DNA of 64,000 bases. It comes from Leptonemataceae bacterium. GTDB taxonomy: Bacteria > Spirochaetota > Leptospiria > Leptospirales > Leptonemataceae. Under the pieces are notes generated by a model. The model saw nothing but the letters and a program-made list of their open reading frames with translations, was not told the origin of the DNA and searched no databases. Positions 21,395 through 29,708 of this stretch are shown piece by piece. The DNA is taken from positions 2,048,001 to 2,112,000 of the forward strand of contig OZ245742.1 in NCBI GenBank assembly GCA_965227295.1. Direction: 5' to 3'. How positions within the stretch are numbered: position 1 is the stretch's first letter; each line of letters starts with the position of its first letter. The position numbers were made by a program, and so were the translations under genes.

Positions 21395-21411
21395 ATGCAA
21401 TTTTATTGCAT
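21395..21411. promoter_or_regulatory. Perfect 7-3-7 palindrome ATGCAAT-TTT-ATTGCAT, candidate operator
   Basis: Seen directly; lies 15 bp upstream of a TTGACG -35-like hexamer (21427) preceding the HTH gene. Confidence 0.5.
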
Positions 21412-21463
21412 TTTGCAACAAAAGGCTTGACGCGGTTGCATTCTGTGCCGAAATTTAAATGTA

Positions 21464-21802
21464 ATGAAAACCCGGGTTCGATCATTAAGCTCCTTGCTTC
21501 AGCGCATTTCGCAGGAGCAGTTGGCGGAGATTCTGGACGTTTTGAATCATCTCGTCAAATCCCCGGACGAAGTGTCAGATGAAGATTTTGTTGCCGCGGT
21601 TCGTGTCTGTAGTGAATTTTTGAATTTCTCGACGCAGGACCTGGCGATAGAGTTTGCCGTTACGCCGAGCACGATCAGTCGCTGGAAAAACGGCAAGAAT
21701 ATGCCGATTCATCTCGCGCGCAAAGCCGTCCTCATGCGAGTGGCGGCGGCTGTTTCTGAACGAATCGAGCTGATGAGAGAAGACGCATCCTCTCGCGCGT
21801 GA
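21464..21802 (+). CDS. XRE/Cro-like HTH protein
   Basis: STQDLAIEFAVTPSTISRWKNGKNMP. Confidence 0.78.
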   Translation: MKTRVRSLSSLLQRISQEQLAEILDVLNHLVKSPDEVSDEDFVAAVRVCSEFLNFSTQDLAIEFAVTPSTISRWKNGKNMPIHLARKAVLMRVAAAVSERIELMREDASSRA

Positions 21803-21883
21803 TATGCGCATCATCCTGTAGATGACGTTTGTTTGCTGTTAGCAATTCCAGGATCGCAGCGGGCCTTTTCCTTTCCGGAGACC

Positions 21884-22780
21884 TTATCTCTTCTTGAGTT
21901 TGAGAAGCACGTACTTCTTCTTTTCCTGGAACGTTTCCGGTCGAACCTTGCCGACTTCTTTTTCCAGCTTGCCGTCGATGTAGTCGCGGATGCGTTGCGT
22001 GAGATAGTAGAGCCGCGGCCGCTTGTGCTTCAGCTTTTCGTAGCCGTAGTGTTTGAGCGGGAAGATGAATCGATTCGCGTACATGGTTACGAACGACAGC
22101 GTCGGCAGGATGTTCGGCGTGATGTCCTGTTCGTACTCCAGGTCCCAGCCGTACTGCTCCGCCGTCTCGTGGAAGTTCTTCAGGTTGTGCGGCTTTTTCG
22201 TGTCGCCCAGACTGAAGTAATCGCAGATGATCCAGTTGCCGCCGGGGGCGATGAGTTCTTCCGTTTTGTTGAACGCCGCCTCGAGCGGAAAGACATACTG
22301 CAACGACTCGGAGTTGATGATGGTGCCGTAGCGTTTCCCGGCTTCGTAGTGTTCGTAGTTGGAATGGTGCGTCGTAAGCTCGGGGTAGTGCTGCTTGATG
22401 TACTCGATTTGATTGAGGTTCGGCGTGAGGCTTTCCACGGGATAGCCGCGGCTGTTCAGCATTTGCGATAATCCACCCAGGCCGCAGCCGACGTCGAGGA
22501 TGGCTTTGTCTTTGTCCTCCACCAGCGCGATGATGTTTTCCCAGTACTGTTTTTGCGCGTCTTCGAAGTCCTGAAAGGAGATGGACTTCGGGTCGACGTC
22601 GACATCCTCGAAGTAGCCGTAGTGCAGCATGTTGTTCGTGAGAACTTTCGAGTAGAGGTAAAGTTCCAGGTCGTAGTTGACCTTGTCCGCCTTGCGGTTC
22701 TTGCGGGCAAAACTTCCGGCTTTGAACCACTGGATGGGATTGAGGAACGGCGTGATGAGCTTCATAATCGGTGGCGCCAT
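21884..22780 (-). CDS. Class I SAM-dependent methyltransferase
   Basis: MLHYGYF, ILDVGCGLGG, IAPGGNWIICDYF. Confidence 0.88.
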   Translation of the reverse strand: MAPPIMKLITPFLNPIQWFKAGSFARKNRKADKVNYDLELYLYSKVLTNNMLHYGYFEDVDVDPKSISFQDFEDAQKQYWENIIALVEDKDKAILDVGCGLGGLSQMLNSRGYPVESLTPNLNQIEYIKQHYPELTTHHSNYEHYEAGKRYGTIINSESLQYVFPLEAAFNKTEELIAPGGNWIICDYFSLGDTKKPHNLKNFHETAEQYGWDLEYEQDITPNILPTLSFVTMYANRFIFPLKHYGYEKLKHKRPRLYYLTQRIRDYIDGKLEKEVGKVRPETFQEKKKYVLLKLKKR

Positions 22781-22849
22781 GGAATTGACGGCGGACGGAT
22801 TCGTCTATTATGATTGTGGCGCGGTGGCGCGGCGGAGGTCAGCGGCGGG

Positions 22850-23841
22850 ATGGATTATGCTCAGCTTTTACAGAACATCGGCGCGATGCACCGAAAGGCC
22901 GACGCGGCGGCGCGCCTGGGTTTGAACGCGGCCGTGCTGGATTCCCGGCGGGAGATCGGCCGGTTGCTCGTCGAGGGCGAGATGGACGGCGCCCTGCGCG
23001 CTCGCTACGGTTCGGAGCTGCTTAAGAATCTTGCAGTTGATCTTAAGGAGACGTTGGGCCCGGGTTACTCGCAGCGCGGCCTGCACATGATGGCGCTGTT
23101 CTTTCGTTTGTTTCGCGGGCGCAGGCTGCGCTACGAGCTGAACTGGACGTCGTATCGGGTGCTGTTGCTCGTGAAAGACGATGCGTTGCGCGGCGTTCGG
23201 AACGTGAGGCGGCGGATTTGCTGTTGTCCACGCGGCAACTGGAAGCGCTGGTTCGGGAGCGCCTGGGCAAAGCGCCGCGCACGTTCGCGTGGGATCGTCC
23301 GGCGGGGGAATTGTTTTCGTTTCGCGTGCGGCGGACGATCGCCGGCTTTCCCACGGCGCATCCGGTGCTGGACCTGGGCTTCGCGTTGTACTTTCGGCCG
23401 GACTGTCCGGAGCTGGATTCGTTCGCGGACGACGAGACGGTGCTGTCGGTTAAAGATTCGGTGAGTGGAAGTTACCGTTTAACGGCCGGCGCCGATCCCG
23501 GCGCGCGGCATTTGTATGCGGCGCAGGTGATGCGCGTGATCGACGGCGATACGTTCCTGGCGTTCATTGATTGCGGCTTCGGCATGATCGTTCGCCAGCG
23601 TTTGCGTTTGCGGCGCGTGGACGCTCCGGAATTGCACGAGCGCGGCGGGAAGGAGGCGCGGGCGTTCGTGGAAGCGCGCTTGCGGCCGCGGCAGGTGGTG
23701 GTGCTGCGGACGTTTCGGACGGATAAGTATGATCGGTATGTTTGTGATGTTTGGTACGGGAAGGCCGGGGCGGATGCGGCGCGTGTGGTGCGGGAGGGCG
23801 TGTTGTTGAATGAGGAGATGGTTGGGTTGGGGTGGGGGTGA
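22850..23841 (+). pseudogene. DUF1016 (YhcG) N-terminal domain fused to thermonuclease (SNase), frameshifted near 23190
   Basis: First frame: EIGRLLVE..RARYG..LLKNLAVDL...GYSQRGL..M..F...LNWTSYRVLL; second frame continues RRSEREAADLLLSTRQLE and has RVIDGDT, RLRLRRVDAPE, DKYDRY. Confidence 0.75.
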
Positions 23842-23842
23842 G

Positions 23843-24460
23843 TTATAGAGAAGACATGACGACGCGAACTTTTCCCTCGATGTTGAATTCCCGCCCAATT
23901 TCTATTGGCTTAAAGTCTGGATTGAGCGACTCCAGCAAACAAATCCCACTATCGAGTTTGCGTATCACCTTTATGAGCGGGGAGCCCTCGTTAACGCAAA
24001 CGACGATATCTCCGTCATTCGCTGCCTGGGCCTTTTCTGCGATTACGATATCTCCGTTGTGTATGCGGGGCACCATTGAGCTACCGCGGGCTTGAACGAT
24101 GAAAGCCCGATCCGGCGGGAAGCCCAAGAGTCTTATGGGAACGGGGATTCGCTCAATAGGATTGCCATCGAGTATCGATCCACTGGGCCCGCACTGAGCA
24201 AGACCGTAGCGATTAACGTATGCAATTGCCTTCTGGATCGGATCACTGAGTATTTGGTAATCTCGAGAATTTCCGGGATTCCGTAGCAAGTAGCCTTTTT
24301 TTTCCAATTGCGTGACGTGATGATGAACGAGATTGGGCGCGGACAATCCCAGCTCTTCCTGTAATTCCCGCATACTCAACGGCTCGTCGATCGTTTCCCT
24401 GAGTAAAGAGAGCAAACGCTTCTGAGTCGGATGCAGCTCGCCTTTCTTTGATCTAGCCAT
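23843..24460 (-). CDS. LexA-family repressor (winged HTH + S24 peptidase)
   Basis: SMRELQEELGLSAPNLVHHHVTQLEKKGYL; AQCG at the cleavage-site position; RGSSM catalytic Ser; LIK catalytic Lys; NPDFKPI. Confidence 0.9.
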   Translation of the reverse strand: MARSKKGELHPTQKRLLSLLRETIDEPLSMRELQEELGLSAPNLVHHHVTQLEKKGYLLRNPGNSRDYQILSDPIQKAIAYVNRYGLAQCGPSGSILDGNPIERIPVPIRLLGFPPDRAFIVQARGSSMVPRIHNGDIVIAEKAQAANDGDIVVCVNEGSPLIKVIRKLDSGICLLESLNPDFKPIEIGREFNIEGKVRVVMSSL

Positions 24461-24991
24461 TTACTAAGTATATGATTAGTGTGTGAGTCGAGCACGCAAT
24501 AGAAAAAGCTTTCTAAGTCTATGAAAAAGTGTACAATAATTTCCTTGCAGTAGTTTTTGTACCACAATAGTGTCCAATTATGTGCAAGAGGCATTTCCCG
24601 CGTTCGAATCCGGATACTTCGGGACGCGATAATTTGGGCTGATTTGTGACCCCAAAAAAATCGCTACTGACGAAAAGTTACATTTTGGCACTCAAGAGGG
24701 GTGATTGCTAATTTTTTTCGAAAAAGAGCCAATCCGTCTTGACATCTCGTGAAAAAAGGAATCATTTTTCGTAGGGACAGGATGCCCTGAAAAAAAGGAA
24801 AGCCCCGGCATGGCCGAGGCTTTGTAGTGCTTACTGGCGCAAAGGCCAATAAAGTTGCTAAAAAAAGACTAAATCGCCCGCCCGCGCCAGGTCAAGCACT
24901 ACATTTCGTTTTTGTTCACCTTGGATAGCCCGTTTGGCTATCCGGGGCGCAGCATACCTGTCTCCAAAATCAACATTTTAGGAGACATAGT

Positions 24992-26701
24992 ATGATTCCA
25001 TCGCTCGTTCTGATCGATCCTAGCCTGGGACCAATCGAGAGAGCCGAAATTGACGAGGCACTGGGCGGTACTCCGTTCAATCTCATCAATTGCGACTCCA
25101 GTCTGACCCTCTGGAAGAGCCGGCAGGCGGACTGGGGTTTTCTTAAAAACCAGCAAATCCGTAAATTCGATTCAGTCATCGCACCGGAGCTCCACTCTGC
25201 GGAAGTCCGTGAGATTTACTTTGCCGGGCTTACTTCCATTCCCACGGCGGTCCATTGGGGTTACCTCTGCGGGCGTATACGCCCTGTCAGAGTTCTCCAG
25301 CGCCATCATCGCACTGGTTCGTGGAAATGGGGGGAGGCTGATTTTTCGCCGAAGCCTCTTTGCAGGCTGCCGCAAGAGGAATATTCAGCCTTTGGCGATG
25401 TTGTTCTGTGTGTAAGCACGTCTCATTCCGTGAATTTGGAAGCGGTTCGTCGGCAGGTGCCGAACGCTATTTACACTGCCGCCATTGAGCTGCGGGAACC
25501 CGACGAAGATGCGATTACTTCGCATGAATACTGCGAGCAAATCGCTGACGAATTCAAGTCTATCTTGGATGCAATAAGTACGCGCATTCCCAGGGCTGGT
25601 CGTATTCATCTCTTTGCGGCTGTTCCCTGCGGCCTCGCGTTTATGTTGGGAGCTCGCATTAGTCCGACGATGCATAAACCAATTCAGACCTACAATTATG
25701 TAGATGGTACTCGTTATGCTCCTGCGATTCCGATTTGTCCGAAGCATGAGGAGCCTTTGGTGGTTTTGCTGTCAGGCGGGGAGTGCGCACGCTTGCGAGA
25801 GATCGCACAGGCTGAGTTAACCGGGCTGTCGCGGTCTTTCCTTAATCTTGGAAAGCATATCGAAGCCGGCGATTGGAGAAAGCAGATTGAGAAAGACTTG
25901 GATCTTGAGATAGTCTCTCCGGACTTTGTGAACTTACCTCCGCTGCATGAGACTGACATTAAACACAGCCGTGTTTCAACGAAGGCCGATGACCCCAGGT
26001 TTTTTGATAGGGAGACTCTGGAGTGGAGTGTGTCGGACGAATTACTTGCGATCCTAAGTCGTAACTTCACCGATTCGGACCGCCTCAGACGGGCTCTTCG
26101 TATGTTTTTCATACATGAAGCGCTGCATCCTCATCAGTCGATTACCTCCTATAACTACGGGGGACTCGGGAATTTTACGAATAGTGCCGCCGCTGCGGAC
26201 TACGTTGCGGATGTATACGCGTTGGGTTACGAATACTCGTATACATGCATGTCTCAGGAATGCAATCAAAGGGAATTCCTCAGGGAAGCGATAGAAGTGG
26301 CGATTGAGACAATCTGGGCCTTCAATCACGATAATCAAACGCCTCTCGACCGGCTGGAACTACGCGTTTTTCAAAGGTTACTTACCTGGTACTGGGTACT
26401 TACGAAAATACTGAATTCGGAAGGCTCCCAATTTCAAGAGCTTTTTCGATCCCATTATATCGAGATTATCGGGTTACCGCTGATCGTAGACGACGGCCGA
26501 GTTCACGTTTCGTTACGGCCGGCTGAGATGCGCCTTGAGCTTGGCGCCATCGTCAAAGGTCGTTTTGAACGGTATAGCGAGAATAGCAACCGGCACTTAT
26601 CTAACTTGGTCTCTGCTGTGAGTGAGAGAGGTCATGAACAAATAAAGCATGAGATGCAGGCAATTCATCCTGCTCTGACTACTAAAGGAGTTGCCATATG
26701 A
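24992..26701 (+). CDS. CBASS effector: N-terminal SAVED domain + C-terminal HExxH metallopeptidase-like domain
   Basis: SAVED-like motifs IYFAGLTSIPTAVHWGY, LQRHH..GSWKW, LCVSTSHSV, IHLFAAVPCGLAFMLGARI; HEALH at aa 375-379; overlaps the CD-NTase start (ATGA). Confidence 0.8.
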   Translation: MIPSLVLIDPSLGPIERAEIDEALGGTPFNLINCDSSLTLWKSRQADWGFLKNQQIRKFDSVIAPELHSAEVREIYFAGLTSIPTAVHWGYLCGRIRPVRVLQRHHRTGSWKWGEADFSPKPLCRLPQEEYSAFGDVVLCVSTSHSVNLEAVRRQVPNAIYTAAIELREPDEDAITSHEYCEQIADEFKSILDAISTRIPRAGRIHLFAAVPCGLAFMLGARISPTMHKPIQTYNYVDGTRYAPAIPICPKHEEPLVVLLSGGECARLREIAQAELTGLSRSFLNLGKHIEAGDWRKQIEKDLDLEIVSPDFVNLPPLHETDIKHSRVSTKADDPRFFDRETLEWSVSDELLAILSRNFTDSDRLRRALRMFFIHEALHPHQSITSYNYGGLGNFTNSAAAADYVADVYALGYEYSYTCMSQECNQREFLREAIEVAIETIWAFNHDNQTPLDRLELRVFQRLLTWYWVLTKILNSEGSQFQELFRSHYIEIIGLPLIVDDGRVHVSLRPAEMRLELGAIVKGRFERYSENSNRHLSNLVSAVSERGHEQIKHEMQAIHPALTTKGVAI

Positions 26702-27801
26702 ACAGAATTTATAACCGCGAATATTTGGAAGAAATTCTCGATCGCATTGGGGCGGCGCTGGATCTCCCCCCGGGGCGGGAGGACAATATTAAGAATCGGT
26801 ATAAGAGCGTTCAAGAATACCTTTGTGGGGATGAATTTTTTAGATCAAGAGATTTGAATGTTTATCCTCAAGGCTCTTTTCGGCTTGGTACGGTGAATAG
26901 CGGTTTTAACGGAGAAGACGTCGATCTTGACTTTGTCCTGGAAATCGTTTCAGAAGAATTCGAAGTCGGCCCCATGAGACTGTATAGTCTTGTCCATGAA
27001 AGACTTCTGGGGAATGAGCATTATCGTTCAAAGGTAAAGACCAAAAATCGCTGCCTCCAATTGCAATACAAGGGTCAGTTTCATATGGATATTCTGCCTG
27101 CCATTGCTGTCCCAGGTAGAAGTGATACGAGCATCCTTATCCCCGATCGTAAGCTTCAGTCATGGACTGCAAGTAATCCGCGCGGCTATGCCGTTTGGTT
27201 CGAGAATCAGACCATTCAAATGCGTGAGAACTTCTTGTCTATGAAGGCTGAGGCTCTGGCCGGAGATCACCAAGTGGAGCCAGTGGCGGATCGCGAAACG
27301 CATGAACAAAAACTCCCACTCAAGAAAGCGATTCGGCTAATGAAGCGGCATCGAGATATTTACTTCGCGAATAAACCGAAGTTGAAACCGATTAGTATCG
27401 TGTTAACTACGCTGGCATCTGAGAATTATGCGGGAGATCTTGATGTGTATCCGACCTTAATGAACATTCTGAACAGTCTCTGTCAGAAGTACTCGGGTCT
27501 TTGGGGGCCGCCAGAAATCAAAAACCCGACGAATGCAAATGAAAACTTTGCTGAAAAATGGATCGCGGAGCCACACTTGTTCCGGGCTTTTCAAGAGTAT
27601 ATCAAGTATCTACGGGACTGGTGGGCGACCTTGCCGGAAAGATGGCCGGAAGACTTGGGACATTCGCTAAGTGAACACCTGGGCGATGGGGTGCGCAGGG
27701 TCTACGAAGAATATCAGAGAAACCTCGCGGATCGCGAGAGCTTCGGAGCTCCGGCCGTAATAAACTCAAAGGAAAGAACAAAGCCATGGCGAATCCAGTG
27801 A
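26698..27801 (+). CDS. cGAS/DncV-like nucleotidyltransferase (CD-NTase, SMODS)
   Basis: YPQGSFRLGT, DVDLD, FHMDILPA, SNPRGYAVWF, IRLMKRHRD, PISIVLTTL, NPTNANENFAEKW. Confidence 0.93.
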   Translation: MNRIYNREYLEEILDRIGAALDLPPGREDNIKNRYKSVQEYLCGDEFFRSRDLNVYPQGSFRLGTVNSGFNGEDVDLDFVLEIVSEEFEVGPMRLYSLVHERLLGNEHYRSKVKTKNRCLQLQYKGQFHMDILPAIAVPGRSDTSILIPDRKLQSWTASNPRGYAVWFENQTIQMRENFLSMKAEALAGDHQVEPVADRETHEQKLPLKKAIRLMKRHRDIYFANKPKLKPISIVLTTLASENYAGDLDVYPTLMNILNSLCQKYSGLWGPPEIKNPTNANENFAEKWIAEPHLFRAFQEYIKYLRDWWATLPERWPEDLGHSLSEHLGDGVRRVYEEYQRNLADRESFGAPAVINSKERTKPWRIQ

Positions 27802-28478
27802 TTTCCCGTGCGCGGCGCTCTACGTTTCTCCGGAAAGAGTTGGCTGTTGCAAAGATGTTGCTAAAAAAAGCAAAGGTGACTTGGGGCAGTCAGGTGTCTG
27901 TGCGCGGATGGTTTCATTTTAGCACGCGCGTCGATGGCAGGGTTATTGAGGACCTGTACGAAATTCGAATAGTTTTTCCGGAACAATACCCAGGCTTGTG
28001 GCCAGTCGCTTATGAATTACAGAATCGAGTGACGTCTCAATTCCATCGCAACCCTGACGAGTCACTATGCCTCGGCTCGAATCTTGATTTGCATCGCATC
28101 TATAGTAGGGATAAAGGGTTTGAGAATTTTATCAAAGAGATGCTTACTCCTTTTTTAGCCGGGCATAGTTTCTGGAAGCGTTATGGCGTTGCGCCCTTCG
28201 GAGAAAGGGCGCATGGAGGAGATGGCGTTTGGCAGGCTTACTTGGATTTGTATTCGGAGGAAAGTCTGGATACAGTCCTTGGTGCTGTTGAATGGGCATT
28301 AAAGAATCGTGAAGAACGTGGTCATGTCGTTTGTCCCTGTGTGCTGAAGGCCAAAATGCGTGAATGCGGTCAGAGCGGTTGTAGGTTGTTCGCAGGGCTA
28401 CAGCTAATCCAATCTATGCACCCAGCTCTGTTGCGCCAGGATCTCGATGCACTACGTAGTTCATTGATCCGGGAGTAG
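27786..28478 (+). CDS. Prokaryotic E2 (ubiquitin-conjugating-like) CBASS ancillary protein with degenerate SEC-C-like tail
   Basis: YEIRIVFPEQYP..WP, FHRNPDESLCLG (putative catalytic Cys), PFGERAHG, CPC..K.KMREC. Confidence 0.78.
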   Translation: MANPVISRARRSTFLRKELAVAKMLLKKAKVTWGSQVSVRGWFHFSTRVDGRVIEDLYEIRIVFPEQYPGLWPVAYELQNRVTSQFHRNPDESLCLGSNLDLHRIYSRDKGFENFIKEMLTPFLAGHSFWKRYGVAPFGERAHGGDGVWQAYLDLYSEESLDTVLGAVEWALKNREERGHVVCPCVLKAKMRECGQSGCRLFAGLQLIQSMHPALLRQDLDALRSSLIRE

Positions 28479-28633
28479 GTAAACGAATCCCCGCGCCAGG
28501 GATGCGCGAGCCCGAAGCAGCCCACCTACTCGATCCCAAACAATCTTTCAAAAGAACCTGAGCCCACTGCCGACTCTCGCGGTAGCGCACAAACGTCCCG
28601 AAACACAGTCATCGAAATGCGGATAAACACAGA

Positions 28634-29650
28634 TTGACGCAGGCCCCCCGCCGGCCGAAACTCAGAGAATCGAGGAGCATCCAATTTTGCACGTGCGCGT
28701 GCGAAATTCGGGAAGGAGAAACATCCACGATCGCCGAACTCCTCGCCCCTGATGACACAAATCGAATCACATTTTCATTGACTCAAAACCGCAACTCGTA
28801 CAATGGACGAAGCCCGCGAGGTGCCGCCACGCAATACGACATCGCCAGCAAAGAGTTCATGCACATCAGCGGGCGGGAGATCCTACAAAAGTTCCTGCAA
28901 ACGAAGCCGACGCTGGTCGAAGCAATGGAAGAGTTACCGACCGAGACGGTAAACGTCCGGCGATCCGATGCACCGGTCCGTATGATGCAGGCGGACGGGG
29001 CGGAGCGGATCGTGCTCGTGGAGTACCAGACGAACTGGGAGAGTGAGTTACCGATGCGCCTCGTAGAGTATCACGCGCGGTATTGGCTAAAGTACCGGGT
29101 GCCGGTGGATACGTTGGTTTTTTTGATCCGACCTCATCAGGCGGCGAACGCAGAGTATGCGAATCATGCCATCCGATTTCAATATCGGCTGATTAAACTC
29201 TGGGAGTTGCCGGCCGCGGAGTGGATCGAGGCCGAATCGGCGTTGTTGCCGTTTGTCCCCTTAATGAAGGACGGCGGGCAGTACGTCGAGCGAGCCCGGG
29301 AGCGGATACAGAAAGATGCAAAACTCAGTGCCGAAGAAAAAACGAGTTTATTAACGGTGCTATGCGTGTATACCGGGATGCACGATCCCGAGCAGGCGCG
29401 GGACATCCTCAGAAAGGCAGGCCAACTTATGATAGAATCACCCGTCTACGATTGGATTCGGCAAGAGGGCGTCGAAGAAGGCCGTGAAGAAGGCCGTGAA
29501 GAGGGCCGTGAAGAGGGCCGTGAAGAAGGCAAGCTGGAAACTGCGGCGCGTATGCTGGAACACGGCCTGGACCTGGCGACGGTCCTGAAAGTAACGGGCC
29601 TGTCGGAAGAATTGCTGCGCGCTCGCGGCGTGTGGCCGGGCGAATCTTGA
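28634..29650 (+). CDS. Rpn-family (RpnC/YadD-like) PD-(D/E)XK nuclease; true start probably downstream of 28634
   Basis: YDIASKEF, RRSD, VLVEYQT, MRLVEYH, YRLIKLWE, LLPFVPLM, EEGR repeats and ETAARML..GL....VLKVTGLSEE tail. Confidence 0.85.
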   Translation: MTQAPRRPKLRESRSIQFCTCACEIREGETSTIAELLAPDDTNRITFSLTQNRNSYNGRSPRGAATQYDIASKEFMHISGREILQKFLQTKPTLVEAMEELPTETVNVRRSDAPVRMMQADGAERIVLVEYQTNWESELPMRLVEYHARYWLKYRVPVDTLVFLIRPHQAANAEYANHAIRFQYRLIKLWELPAAEWIEAESALLPFVPLMKDGGQYVERARERIQKDAKLSAEEKTSLLTVLCVYTGMHDPEQARDILRKAGQLMIESPVYDWIRQEGVEEGREEGREEGREEGREEGKLETAARMLEHGLDLATVLKVTGLSEELLRARGVWPGES

Positions 29651-29708
29651 TTTCGCGTATCGATGAATACCGGAGCCGTCAGAATAGCAGTAGGTCTCGA
29701 TGCCATGC

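Noticed and set aside
29474..29530. 12-bp tandem repeat as an independent VNTR or CRISPR
   Set aside because: In-frame EEGR repeats are a normal part of Rpn C-termini
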